DNA of 64,000 nt from Calothrix sp. NIES-2100 (GCA_002368195.1 AP018178.1:5145286-5209285); one strand, 5' to 3'; numbered from the stretch's first letter, positions 42,151 through 52,714 are shown. Notes: generated by a model from the sequence alone, not told the origin. Numbers and translations: made by a program.

Positions 42151-43428
42151 TTAATTACTTTCATAGTCCTGTCCAAACTTTTTCAAAGGTTCTAGGTCTT
42201 TAAATAATCGGTCTACTTCTGCTTCTGTTACAACATGAGCAACTTTATTTCTCAGTTTGTTGTTGAGAATATCTGCTTTAATTTGGTTCAACTGTTCCTC
42301 AATTTCCACACCAGTCATCTTGATTTGACTAAATTGTTTCATCATTTCATTTTCGATATTTGTTGCAATTAATTTAACTATATTTTTCCGAATCTCAGCT
42401 AAATCAGCGCTTTGAGTTGTTTCCTCTAAGACGACTGTAAATTGATGCGTGAGGAATTCTTCTATTCTTTCCCGTGTGTTTGCTCTGACTGCTTCGCGGA
42501 CTTTGCGTTTATTCTCGATTTGTTCGTCAATCTCTTGTTTAGCATCCGCTAAATGTTGCGTGTGGTAATATATACTTTTACCTTCTATAGCTTCAATAGC
42601 TGCATCGTAAGCACTGTATTCTGACATCAATTTCCCTAAGATCGGAGAAATTTCTATCATGACAAACAGTAATGTAATAAATAAGTTAATTTTGTCAATT
42701 ATTGGGTCTGTTTCAGCTAGCTTTTCTAGTATCTCAAGCTGCTTTGATAATCCTATATGTGGCAGTTGGGGATTGCTGCGAAGGTTTTTACTTTTATCTA
42801 ATTGTTGTTGCTTTTTTTTGAGAGTAGATTTGATGTCATCAATTTCCGCTGCGGTACGTGGAGCCTGAGCTTTCTTTTCTGGATTAGCAGAAATTAACTG
42901 TTCTTTATAGTATTTGTCTTTTTCTTGTAATTCACTATGTAAAGATTTAATTTCACTATCTATTTCTTGAATTTCTCCTTGAAATTTAGTTGTTTCTTCT
43001 TTTAAGATTACTTCCTTAATATTTGACTCGAACATCTTTAATTCGAGTGGCTTACTGATACCAACTGCTAAAACACCAGCCAATGCTAAACGTGGTGTTA
43101 ATACTTTGAGTTGTCCGAAGAAATGATTTCTCTTTTTTTTAGCGCTTAAAATGAAGAATCTATCTAAGTTATAAATGTTTAACCCCCAGAAACAGCCTAA
43201 TCCAACTGCAACTGGAACTGAAGCAAATACGATATACAATGCGTAGAAAGCTGACAACGCAGATGTGGAAGCGGTAAGGAAAAGCATTATGGCGATCGCT
43301 TCTTGCTTACCTCTTTCGGTTTGGCAATCATTCCGTGATAGAATTTCTGGGTTTGCACCTGCACAATGCCACCACAACCGTCGTAGTATGCTAACGGATG
43401 ATTTTTGCTGTTTCTCAGGCTTGCTCAT
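42151..43428 (-). CDS. Membrane-anchored coiled-coil protein (DUF4407-like architecture)
   Basis: Two TM helices near the N-terminus, a long coiled coil, a further TM pair, then a C-terminal coiled coil. Confidence 0.5.
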   Translation of the reverse strand: MSKPEKQQKSSVSILRRLWWHCAGANPEILSRNDCQTERGKQEAIAIMLFLTASTSALSAFYALYIVFASVPVAVGLGCFWGLNIYNLDRFFILSAKKKRNHFFGQLKVLTPRLALAGVLAVGISKPLELKMFESNIKEVILKEETTKFQGEIQEIDSEIKSLHSELQEKDKYYKEQLISANPEKKAQAPRTAAEIDDIKSTLKKKQQQLDKSKNLRSNPQLPHIGLSKQLEILEKLAETDPIIDKINLFITLLFVMIEISPILGKLMSEYSAYDAAIEAIEGKSIYYHTQHLADAKQEIDEQIENKRKVREAVRANTRERIEEFLTHQFTVVLEETTQSADLAEIRKNIVKLIATNIENEMMKQFSQIKMTGVEIEEQLNQIKADILNNKLRNKVAHVVTEAEVDRLFKDLEPLKKFGQDYESN

Positions 43429-43685
43429 CTCGCACCTCTATGGCTTGTAGAAGACTGATTGTTTATCTGAGTAACATTCAATCTTCTCGATCCGTGTCTT
43501 TAGCCTGAAGTTATATGAGTTCAGCCTGAGTTACATGAGTTCAGTCTTAATTCTGTCACAGGAAAGAAAATAAGTGTATTGATCAATACCTTCGCCAAAT
43601 CGAAACATGCCACAATGCGTAGATTGGGTTGAGGAACGAAACCCAACCTACAAAAAAATGCTGAAGGTATTGTTGGTGAAAGCAA

Positions 43686-45197
43686 CTACAAATTCTGAAA
43701 ATATTGACGGTATAACTCAGAACTTAATGTTATTTCATCACCTTGCAGTTTTACTAATCCAAGTGCGCGTAATTTATACCTAACTTCGTTATTAAATACT
43801 GGCGAATTAGCAGAAAAAAGTAACTCTTTCATTGCTGCTTCTAATTGAGGCTGTTGTTTCAAAATTGACTCTATACGACGGAGATAATTACTGAAAATTC
43901 CAGATGTAGTGGATGCTGTTTGCAAGAGTTGAGATATAGTTGTCTCTTGATTGGCAATTTTATACAGAGCTAAACGGATTAAAAATGGTTGTCCTCCTAC
44001 CATTTCTATCAATCTTTCAATCTCTGCATCACTCAAATTGAGTTGGTGTCGTTGAGCTAAATCTTTAACTTGCTCTTGTGTAAATTCTGGTAGTTCCACT
44101 ACTAAACCAACGTTGAATGGTGATTGATGAATATTCATCGGGACGTAAGCTTCGGTAGAGTGTACTATCACCAGTCGTAGCTTTGTCCAAATATCCCGGC
44201 GTTTTGCTTCTTCGTGGAGAGAACGCAGTAAACCAAAAAAGTCTTTATAAATTTTTGGGTATTCAAATACTTTATCTACTTCTTCTAATGCCAAAGTTAA
44301 CCTTTGAGGGATTTCTGGAAACAGATATTGCTCGAAATACTCCATGCAAGTTTTCATGCTACCGATACGTCGAGCTAAGTTCCAATGTTCATCTAATTGT
44401 GACAGCAGCTTTGTTTGTAGTTCCTGATTTTCTTTTGTTATTTCTAGAATTAGATTGTCGCAAAACCAGCGTAAAAACGTGTTTAATTCACCGAAAAGTT
44501 CAGACTCTGCAAGTCGAAAGTCTATAGTTACACTCATGTCACCTTGACTGTTAGCTTGATGAAGAATTTTTACTAACAGCGAAGATTTGCCCGTTTGTTG
44601 GGGTGCTTTAATACGAATTAGAGAACCAGGTTTGGAAATTTCCTCGTAACAACGTTGTTCGATGGGGAAACGCTGAATATAAAAGTAAGAATTTAGGGGT
44701 ACTTCTCCTTCTGGGTATTCGAGGGAATCAGCAGGGGTGTTCTCAGCCGCTATATCTAGCCTGCTAACACTTAACGCTTTGCAAATTTCATCAAAGTTAT
44801 TGCGATCGATAGCTTTACCTCTAAAAAAGCTGTTGATTGTTGACTCAGACAGTCCCAAATGTCCTGCTAAATCTGTCTGACTAATGAAGCCATTTCGCAA
44901 AAGGGCTTTCTTCAAATCATCAATACATTCTTTCTTTACGTATAATGACCTTTTCGGGGAATTGAGAGAGGAATTATCAGTTGTTATTGCTATATCTTGT
45001 CTGTTAATATTTAACGCTTCACAAATTTTATCAAAGTTTTCTTTATCAATAGCTGTCCCTCGGAAAAAGCTGTCAATTGTTGCTTTGGAGAGCTTCAAAG
45101 CTTCAGCTAATTTTGAGTTACTAGCAAAGTTACTTTGCAGCAGGGTATTTTTCACATCATCAATACGCTCAGTACGTACTCTGAATGACCTTCCCAT
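43686..45197 (-). CDS. Tandem HTH-like N-domains fused to an AAA-like (Pfam AAA_35-type) NTPase domain
   Basis: Two roughly 75-aa repeats (...LKLSKATIDSFFRGTAIDKENFDKICEALNI...) then a P-loop QQTGKSSLLVKIL. Paralogous to the N-terminus of 45336..48944. Confidence 0.6.
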   Translation of the reverse strand: MGRSFRVRTERIDDVKNTLLQSNFASNSKLAEALKLSKATIDSFFRGTAIDKENFDKICEALNINRQDIAITTDNSSLNSPKRSLYVKKECIDDLKKALLRNGFISQTDLAGHLGLSESTINSFFRGKAIDRNNFDEICKALSVSRLDIAAENTPADSLEYPEGEVPLNSYFYIQRFPIEQRCYEEISKPGSLIRIKAPQQTGKSSLLVKILHQANSQGDMSVTIDFRLAESELFGELNTFLRWFCDNLILEITKENQELQTKLLSQLDEHWNLARRIGSMKTCMEYFEQYLFPEIPQRLTLALEEVDKVFEYPKIYKDFFGLLRSLHEEAKRRDIWTKLRLVIVHSTEAYVPMNIHQSPFNVGLVVELPEFTQEQVKDLAQRHQLNLSDAEIERLIEMVGGQPFLIRLALYKIANQETTISQLLQTASTTSGIFSNYLRRIESILKQQPQLEAAMKELLFSANSPVFNNEVRYKLRALGLVKLQGDEITLSSELYRQYFQNL

Positions 45198-45335
45198 AGC
45201 TAATAATAAAAAATTTACTAAATGGAGATAAAAACTAAGTATTTGTATAGTACAGTAAAATACAAATCAATGTGAACTCAAATTTCTCCAAACTAAACTC
45301 ACGTTGAGTCATGTTTTGATGCGATTAGCCACTTC

Positions 45336-48300
45336 TTGTATATCGGTGATGAAATCATGACTGGAAGCTATGAGTATAAAACTGGTGGAAGTTTAGGAGA
45401 AGCTGCTCCCAGTTACGTTGTGCGACAAGCGGATGATGAGTTTTATCGCTGGTTAAAAGCTGGTGAGTTTTGTTATATTTTTAACTCTCGGCAAATGGGT
45501 AAGACGAGCTTGCTAGTCCGTGCAATGAAACGACTGGAAGCTGAGGGCTATGCCTGTATAACAATCGATGCTACAGAGCAGGGTAGTCAAGAAGTTGATA
45601 TTGAAATGTGGTATGGCGGAATTGCTTACACTTTAGTAACTCGTTTAAAGGTTCTTGATATCAGAGAGTTTGATGCATGGTGGGATGAACGGATGAAAAT
45701 CTCTCCCGTACAGCGTTTAGGGAGTTTTATTGAAGAAATATTGTTGCCCAAATTTACTAAAAATATCATTATTTCTATTGACGAAATAGACACTTTTATC
45801 AATTTAAATTTTCCCACAGATGATTTTTTTGCCCTCATTAGAAGCTTTTATGAAAAACGCAATCTCAATCCAGATTTTCACAGGTTAACTTTTGCTTTAG
45901 TTGGCGTAGCTACACCCTCGGATTTAATTCAAGACGAACGACGCACACCTTTTAATATTGGTAAAGCAATTGAATTGACTGGGTTTAAGTTAGAAGAAAC
46001 CCATCCCCTCGCCCAGGGTTTAGCTACCAAAACTAATAATCCAATGGTAGTAATGGAAGCAATATTAAGCTGGACGGGAGGACAACCTTTTTTAACCCAA
46101 AAAGTCTGCTCGTTAATTTTTAATGCTGATTTTGCAATTCCTAATTATGAGGTTACACGGTGGGTAGAAGAATTGATACAAGCAAATATAATTTATAACT
46201 GGGAAGCCCAAGATGAACCAGAGCATTTAAAGACGATACGCAACTGGATATTAGGAGGGGAACAAGTTGCTGGGCGTTGGTTGGGATGGTATCAGCAAAT
46301 TTTGCAAAACGGTGATATTGCAATTGACGATATGAAATTTCGCCTGACTGGTTTGGTGGTGAAACAGCAGGGCAGGTGGAAGGTTTATAACCAAATTTAT
46401 GCTCATGTTTTTAATTTAAATTGGGTTGAAAAAGAGTTATCTAAACTGCGCCCCTATGCTGAAAGTTTTAATGCATGGAAGAGTAGTAACTTTCAAGATA
46501 ATTCGCAGCTATTAAGGGGAAAAGAGTTAGAGAATGTCTCAAAGTGGGCGACTGATAAAAGTTTGAGTGATGAGGATTATCGATTTTTATCTACCAGCCA
46601 GAACTATGAATTGAAGCAAGTGCAACAGAAGACTCAGCGACAGATTCGATTAGGTTCTGGGTTTTTGGTTGTAGTGGCTATTGTTGCAGGAACCCTAGCT
46701 ATTATTGCAAATAAACAACGTTTAGAAGCCCAAGAAGGTATAAATCTTGAAAAAACGGGATCTGCTGCTTTACGCCAATTTGACTCTGAACCTTTAAAAG
46801 CTTTAGTCACAGCGATGGAGACAGCACAAAAATTAAAAGAAATAGTCAAAGATAACCGCCCTTTAGAAAAATATCCTGCTACTAGTCCTATTGTCACTTT
46901 GCAAACTATGCTGGATGATATTCATGAAAGCAATCAACTTGAAGGGCATGAGGGCGAAGTCTATAGTGCCACATTTAGTCCTAATGGACAGCGTATAATT
47001 TCTGCATCGGCTGACCACACTGTTAAAGTTTGGAATAGCCAAGGTAAGTGGCTTTTTGACCTCAAAGGACATCAAGGAAAAGTCTACCGTGCCAGTTTTA
47101 GTCCTGATGGACAGCGTATTGTTACTGCATCTGAAGATAAAACTGCTAAAGTTTGGAATAGTCAAGGTCAATGGCTTTTTGACCTCAAAGGACATCAGGG
47201 TCAAGTCTATGCTGCTAGCTTTAGTCCTGATGGACAGCGTATTGTTACTGCATCTGAAGATAGAACAGCTAAAGTGTGGAATAGCCAAGGTCAGTGGCTT
47301 TTTGACCTCAAAGGACATCAGGGTCAAGTCTATAGTGCCAACTTTAGTCGTGATGGACAGCGTATTGTTACTGCATCTGAAGATAGAACAGCTAAAGTGT
47401 GGAATAGCCAAGGTCAATTGCTTTTTGACCTGAAAGAACATCAGGCTCCAATCTACAGTGCCAGCTTTAGTCCTAATGGACAGCGTATTGTTACAGCATC
47501 TGAAGATAATGAGGTAAATATTTGGGAAATTAAAAATAATTCACTAAATCCCCATCCTGACCCTCTATTTATTAAACCGTTAAGCAATTATAATGTTATG
47601 AATGCTAATTTTAGTCCAGATGGAAGACGCATTGTTGTTACTTTTAATAACGGCAATGCTGAAATTTATCCTTTACTAGATATTGAACACCCTGATGATT
47701 TTATTGGTAATTTTAAGAGCTTTTCAAGCCCATTAAATATCCTTAAAGGTCATCAAAAAGCTGTCAATTATGCCAGTTACAGTCCTGATGGACAGCGTAT
47801 GGTTACTGCATCTAGTGATAAAAGTGTTAGGGTTTGGAACATAAAAGAAAAAAACAACATTTACCTCAAGAACAAAAATATCAGCTCCCTTGCATTCGGT
47901 AGAGTAGACCGTATAGTTGTTGGATTTAAAGACGGTAAAGCCCAAATATTAGACGTAAAAGGGAACTTAGTAGCTGAACTCAAAGGTCATCAAAAGGATG
48001 TTAACAAAACTGTTTTAAGTGACGACGGACAGTATGCTCTCACTATCTCAAGAGATGCTGTAAAATTATGGGACATGAAGGGCAATTTATTAGCCGATAT
48101 CAAAGAAAATATAAAGGATGTCACAAATGGTACAGTTAGCGATAAAGGAAAGTATATTATCACCACCATTCCAGATCAAGGAATTATCAAGATATGGGAT
48201 AGTAAAGGTAATTTGCTAGCTGACTTTAAAGGGCATGAAAAAAATATTAACAATTTCAAGTTTAGCCCTGACGAAAAACACATAATTACAGTATCGGATG

Positions 48301-48944
48301 ACCACATAGCAAAAGTATGGGATATCAAGGGTAAATTACTAACTGAGCTTAAGGGACATCAAGATGCAGTCACCAGTGCTATATTTAGTCCTGATGGACA
48401 GCGCATTGTCACCACTTCACGCGATCAAACGGCAAAAATTTGGGATATGAAGGGTAAATTACTAGCTGACCTCAAAGGATATCAGGATATAGTTACCCTT
48501 GCTGAATTTAGCTCCGATGGACAGCACATCGTTACCACATCAAACGAGCGTATTGCTAAAATATGGGATATTAAGGGGAACTTAGTGGCTGATCTTAAAG
48601 GACATCAGGATATAGTCACCCGTGCCAGTTTTAGCCCTGATGGACAGCGTATTGTTACTACTTCAGCTGACTTGACTGCTAAGTTATGGGATTTAAATGG
48701 CATTTTGCTAGCAGATTTTAAAGAATATCATAAGTCAAATGTTGCTGGTGCGCGCTTTATTGATGATGGACAGCGTATTGTGACTGTATCTGTTGAAAGG
48801 GGGTTTGATGGAGATCAAAGAGTTAGCATTGGAACATTTTTTGTTGGAGACTTGGATAACTTACTAACCCGTGGCTGCAACTGGCTGCAAGATTATCTTT
48901 CCACCCATCCTGAAGTGCGGGAAAGGTTAAAGGTGTGTAAGTAA
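45336..48944 (+). CDS. AAA-like NTPase / transmembrane / WD40-repeat protein (1202 aa)
   Basis: P-loop RQMGKTSLLVRAM, internal TM (FLVVVAIVAGTLAIIA), then about 14 WD40 repeats (GHxxxVxxAxFSPDGQRIVTAS.D.TAKVW). Confidence 0.8.
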   Translation: MYIGDEIMTGSYEYKTGGSLGEAAPSYVVRQADDEFYRWLKAGEFCYIFNSRQMGKTSLLVRAMKRLEAEGYACITIDATEQGSQEVDIEMWYGGIAYTLVTRLKVLDIREFDAWWDERMKISPVQRLGSFIEEILLPKFTKNIIISIDEIDTFINLNFPTDDFFALIRSFYEKRNLNPDFHRLTFALVGVATPSDLIQDERRTPFNIGKAIELTGFKLEETHPLAQGLATKTNNPMVVMEAILSWTGGQPFLTQKVCSLIFNADFAIPNYEVTRWVEELIQANIIYNWEAQDEPEHLKTIRNWILGGEQVAGRWLGWYQQILQNGDIAIDDMKFRLTGLVVKQQGRWKVYNQIYAHVFNLNWVEKELSKLRPYAESFNAWKSSNFQDNSQLLRGKELENVSKWATDKSLSDEDYRFLSTSQNYELKQVQQKTQRQIRLGSGFLVVVAIVAGTLAIIANKQRLEAQEGINLEKTGSAALRQFDSEPLKALVTAMETAQKLKEIVKDNRPLEKYPATSPIVTLQTMLDDIHESNQLEGHEGEVYSATFSPNGQRIISASADHTVKVWNSQGKWLFDLKGHQGKVYRASFSPDGQRIVTASEDKTAKVWNSQGQWLFDLKGHQGQVYAASFSPDGQRIVTASEDRTAKVWNSQGQWLFDLKGHQGQVYSANFSRDGQRIVTASEDRTAKVWNSQGQLLFDLKEHQAPIYSASFSPNGQRIVTASEDNEVNIWEIKNNSLNPHPDPLFIKPLSNYNVMNANFSPDGRRIVVTFNNGNAEIYPLLDIEHPDDFIGNFKSFSSPLNILKGHQKAVNYASYSPDGQRMVTASSDKSVRVWNIKEKNNIYLKNKNISSLAFGRVDRIVVGFKDGKAQILDVKGNLVAELKGHQKDVNKTVLSDDGQYALTISRDAVKLWDMKGNLLADIKENIKDVTNGTVSDKGKYIITTIPDQGIIKIWDSKGNLLADFKGHEKNINNFKFSPDEKHIITVSDDHIAKVWDIKGKLLTELKGHQDAVTSAIFSPDGQRIVTTSRDQTAKIWDMKGKLLADLKGYQDIVTLAEFSSDGQHIVTTSNERIAKIWDIKGNLVADLKGHQDIVTRASFSPDGQRIVTTSADLTAKLWDLNGILLADFKEYHKSNVAGARFIDDGQRIVTVSVERGFDGDQRVSIGTFFVGDLDNLLTRGCNWLQDYLSTHPEVRERLKVCK

Positions 48945-49035
48945 GAAAATTGAGGGGTATTAAGGTGCGATCTCAGTACCAGTTTTCATGCACTTCAATT
49001 AGGTTATTGTGGCTATGCGTTAGCGCAGCTTCAAT

Positions 49036-49210
49036 TAGCGATCTCTCTTTTGTTTGAGAGGATAAAGTGCGATCGCCCAGCTTCACCATGCGATCGCCTT
49101 TTTGTTTGAGTTGATGGAGTGCGATCGCCCAGCTTCATCAAGCGATCGCCTTTTTGTTTGAGTTGATGGAGTGTGATCACCCAGCTTCATCAAGCGATCG
49201 CTTTTTTCAG
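49036..49210. repeat. Tandem ~58-bp repeat x3 containing HIP1 sites (..TTTGTTTGAGTTGATGGAGTGCGATCGCCCAGCTTCATCAAGCGATCGCCTTT..)
   Basis: Three head-to-tail copies read directly downstream of the WD40 gene. Confidence 0.7.
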
Positions 49211-49276
49211 CCACCGAGATACAGTTAACATTAAAAAGCATTCCACACTTACAAAGTTCTTGAATCTCAAGTAATT

Positions 49277-49828
49277 ATGCTGAAACTTTACGGTGGTACT
49301 CGTACTCGTGCGTCAATCATCGAGTGGTATTTACAAGAATTGGGAATTCCCTACGAATTTGTACTCCTAGATATGCAATCAGGTGAACATCTTCAGCCTG
49401 AGTATTTGAAACTTAACCCAATGGGGAAAGTTCCAGCATTAGTGGATGGGGACTTCCAGATTTGGGAATCAGGGGCAATTTTGTTGTATCTTGCCGATAA
49501 ATATGGCAAAACACCACTTTCACCTGAGGAACGTGGTGTTTTGTCGCAGTGGGTATTTTTTGCCAATGCTACTCTGGGGCCTGGAATTTTTGGGGAAGAG
49601 AATCGAAAACGGGAAATGACTCGTTTGTTAACTCCCTTGAATAACATTTTTGAACAGCAACCTTTTTTATTGGGTAATGAATTTAGTGTTGCTGATGTAG
49701 CTGTGGGATCTATCCTAAATTACTTTTTGCTTTTGCTGAAGCTAGATTTGAGTTCTTATCCAGCCGTATTGGATTATATCAAACGCATATCTGAACGTCC
49801 GGCATTTTCCATTGGTAAAAGAGCTTAA
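49277..49828 (+). CDS. Glutathione S-transferase
   Basis: MLKLYGG..., VPALVDGDFQIWESGAILLYLADKYGK GST N-domain. Confidence 0.75.
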   Translation: MLKLYGGTRTRASIIEWYLQELGIPYEFVLLDMQSGEHLQPEYLKLNPMGKVPALVDGDFQIWESGAILLYLADKYGKTPLSPEERGVLSQWVFFANATLGPGIFGEENRKREMTRLLTPLNNIFEQQPFLLGNEFSVADVAVGSILNYFLLLLKLDLSSYPAVLDYIKRISERPAFSIGKRA

Positions 49829-50704
49829 CTAAATCGTTTCATTGACATAAATCCCCACGCTTCAAGGGTGGGGATCGCACTACCTATTTCCATCAACTTC
49901 AATTAGCGATCGCCCATAACACTACCGAATTTACCTAACCAAAATTAGCGATCGCATCGACAAAACATCATACCTGACGACAAGCCGAACACTTTAACTC
50001 TCCAGTGCTGTTAACCACGACTGCAAATCAGCCAAGCTGATAAAATCAAGTAAAGCTTCGCTCCAATCTTCGAGAACAGGTAAGGGCAAACTAAAAATTT
50101 GCGATCGCACTTCTGGAAATATTTCTCCAAAGCGCTTAGTTAACTTTCGGGTAATCTAATTAGCTGTTGCTTCTTGTCTTCCTTCTTCCTTGATTTCCCG
50201 GTAAACTCTCGTTTCTTTCAGTGTTATTCCTAGTTCTCCATTCTATAATTCTATGCACCCTCATATAAGTAGAACGTCGTGAATATTTATAATCGGGATT
50301 AGGCAGGAGGCAGAAGGAAAGAGGGTTTTATCTCTTTTACCTTTCTTAACATACATTGATTTTTCCCAACGACTTACTTAAAATCAGTATAAGTATTTAC
50401 TATGTGTATCCTATTTGATTTATCTGAAGCTAGGTACACTTTTATTCTTATTTCCCTGTTAAGATTTCCCTATTCCCTGTTTCCTCCCTAAGCAAACAAT
50501 TTCCCAAATAAAACCGGATTGCTATATAAAACCTTGTTTTTTGGATTTATTTGGCAAAAAGGAAATTGGTATTAATTTAAATAAGTTTAAAAGCTTAAAT
50601 TATGTTATGGTTAGAAAAAAGAGAAATATTTTTGGTCAAGGTAAGGACTATATAGACGCTATCCAAATATAAATTTCAACATCCTCTATATGGGGAAATA
50701 TGCT

Positions 50705-50959
50705 ATGTCAGTTTATATTGGTAATTTATCCCATGAAATTGAAGATGAAGACATCAGACAAGTCTTTTTAATGTATGGGTCTGTGAGGAAAATTCTAGTA
50801 TCTACGAATCAAAAAACAGGTGAGAAGAGGGGATTTGCAGTTGTAGAAATGGAAACAGACGCCCAAGAAGTAGCAGCAATTAATGGATTAAGAGGTGCTG
50901 AATGGATGGGTTATAGCCTGAAGGTGAATAGAGCTAAGACAATTGTAGACGTAGCTTAA
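50705..50959 (+). CDS. rbp: RRM-type RNA-binding protein (short, no Gly tail)
   Basis: MSVYIGNLS RNP2 and KRGFAVVEM RNP1-like motifs; likely start at second ATG 50705. Confidence 0.7.
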   Translation: MSVYIGNLSHEIEDEDIRQVFLMYGSVRKILVSTNQKTGEKRGFAVVEMETDAQEVAAINGLRGAEWMGYSLKVNRAKTIVDVA

Positions 50960-51067
50960 TCTGTCCTTAATGCATATTTTCTGCGCTCAGTGGTTGAATT
51001 CTCGTAGTGGTTACATACAACCTCAGAGAGATTCCCACAAAAAGAAGGCAAAAAATCCCATAAATAT

Positions 51068-51316
51068 ATGAAGGTTGAGATGAATAACTATAGTAGAGAG
51101 GAGAAATTGAAAATTAAAGCGTTGGATGTCAAAGCTGGCGATCGCATCGTTGCCTACTGCAAGAACAAACGGCAGATTTGTAAAGTGAAGCAAATTTTAG
51201 ATCTCAGTCAGACTAATGTCACACTCTCAGTATTCACAACTGAGCATTATCGTGGCTGCTTAGTCTCATGTGTAGTCAGGTTCCAGTGGGACGCTTTAGT
51301 CGAATTAGTCAGCTAG
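51068..51316 (+). CDS. Hypothetical small protein
   Basis: 82-aa ORF between two rbp genes; no motif. Confidence 0.25.
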   Translation: MKVEMNNYSREEKLKIKALDVKAGDRIVAYCKNKRQICKVKQILDLSQTNVTLSVFTTEHYRGCLVSCVVRFQWDALVELVS

Positions 51317-51495
51317 TATATAATATTTTTTCCCCTCGTCCACCTAAAAGTTGATTTCTATGTCATAATAGAAGATGAGAATTAATTCGGTTAACAGCGT
51401 TTGTTTTTAGTATTGACAGGCTTTTTGTTTTTGGTATTTACAAACTTTTCTCCGAAATCTAAATCTCTACACATTTACAATTTCGGAGACAATCT

Positions 51496-51804
51496 ATGTC
51501 AGTTTATGTAGGCAATCTTTCTTACGAAGTTACAGAAGAGAGTTTGAATGCTGTGTTTGCAGAATATGGTTCTGTCAAGCGGGTTCAGCTACCTACCGAT
51601 CGGGAAACCGGTCGTGTACGCGGCTTTGGTTTTGTGGAAATGGGTACTGATGCAGAAGAAACTGCCGCCATTGAAGCGCTTGATGGTGCAGAGTGGATGG
51701 GAAGAGACCTAAAAGTAAATAAGGCTAAGCCCAAGGAAGATAGAGGAGGTTCGTTTGGTGGTGGTGGAAACCGTAGCAATTACGGTGGACGTAACCGTTA
51801 CTAA
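51496..51804 (+). CDS. rbp: RRM-type RNA-binding protein with Gly-rich C-terminus
   Basis: MSVYVGNLSYEVT RNP2, RGFGFVEM RNP1, GGSFGGGGNRSNYGGRNRY tail. Confidence 0.85.
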   Translation: MSVYVGNLSYEVTEESLNAVFAEYGSVKRVQLPTDRETGRVRGFGFVEMGTDAEETAAIEALDGAEWMGRDLKVNKAKPKEDRGGSFGGGGNRSNYGGRNRY

Positions 51805-51866
51805 GCTTCACTAATTTAGTTATTTGACCTAAACCGTTAGTTCAACAAATTAACTTGATGTATTAG

Positions 51867-51897
51867 CGGCTCAGGCATTACTGCTTGAGCCTTTTTG
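51867..51897 (+). terminator. Intrinsic terminator after rbp (GGCTCAGG-cattactg-CTTGAGCC plus TTTTT)
   Basis: Hairpin plus T-run read directly. Confidence 0.55.
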
Positions 51898-51965
51898 CTA
51901 CAGAGTTTAGACTGCCAACGAAAATGTCACCTTGAGAAGCTAAAACCCTTTTTCTGGAATTCTTT

Positions 51966-52271
51966 ATGACAAACTTAACCTTGACCATTCAACCTGCTGT
52001 TCTGATCACTATCATAGGTGAAACAGTCTTGAAAGAAAAGATTGTGAAGCTGCTAAAAAGCCATAGTGTAAGCGGTTACACCATTAGTCAAGTACAAGGT
52101 GAGGGTGGACATGGAAAACGCTTGGCAGATATGGCAGGTTACAACACTAATATTGAAATAAAAACTCTTGTTTCATCAGAAGACTCTGATGCTATCTTTG
52201 AGGCACTAAAAGAGGAGCAAGGCAAGCACGCCTTAATTGCCTTTCGGCACAAAGTAGAAGCCTTCTATTGA
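51966..52271 (+). CDS. PII-like (GlnB-fold) small protein
   Basis: 101 aa; beta-alpha-beta pattern and GYTISQVQGEGGHGKR resembling the PII T-loop region; family not resolved. Confidence 0.45.
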   Translation: MTNLTLTIQPAVLITIIGETVLKEKIVKLLKSHSVSGYTISQVQGEGGHGKRLADMAGYNTNIEIKTLVSSEDSDAIFEALKEEQGKHALIAFRHKVEAFY

Positions 52272-52381
52272 TTAACTCTTTTTCATCAATTTGAGGTGAA
52301 AGATTGAATCTTCGTTGCCTAAAATGTCGTCGAAAATTCTTTTTTTTTTGAAATTTCAGTTTAATAGTGAGGAATTAAAAA

Positions 52382-52714
52382 ATGTCTACTGAAACTGATG
52401 TAGTTGCCTACATTCAAGAAAGTGAATTTGATAGTCTATTAAGTCAAGAAAAAGTTGTTGTAGTGGACTTTACTGCTACTTGGTGTGGCCCTTGTCGTCT
52501 GATCAGTCCATTAATGGATCAACTCGCCGAAGAATACAAAGGCCGCGCTAAAGTCGTTAAAGTAGACGTGGATAACAACAAACCGATGTTCAAAAAATTC
52601 GGTCTTCGCAGTATTCCAGCGGTTTTAATTTTCAAAGATGGTGAGTTAGTAGAAACTATCGTCGGAGTTTCTCCTTACGAACAATTTAGCAGTGCTGTTT
52701 TGCAGCTGCTTTAG
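52382..52714 (+). CDS. trxA: Thioredoxin
   Basis: WCGPC active site; 110 aa. Confidence 0.9.
   Translation: MSTETDVVAYIQESEFDSLLSQEKVVVVDFTATWCGPCRLISPLMDQLAEEYKGRAKVVKVDVDNNKPMFKKFGLRSIPAVLIFKDGELVETIVGVSPYEQFSSAVLQLL

Noticed and set aside
43686-48944. Calling the NTPase/WD40 genes a known Avs/STAND antiphage system
   Set aside because: No recognisable N-terminal effector domain (nuclease, protease, TIR, SIR2) and no NACHT/NB-ARC specific motifs could be verified by eye; kept as an inference only.
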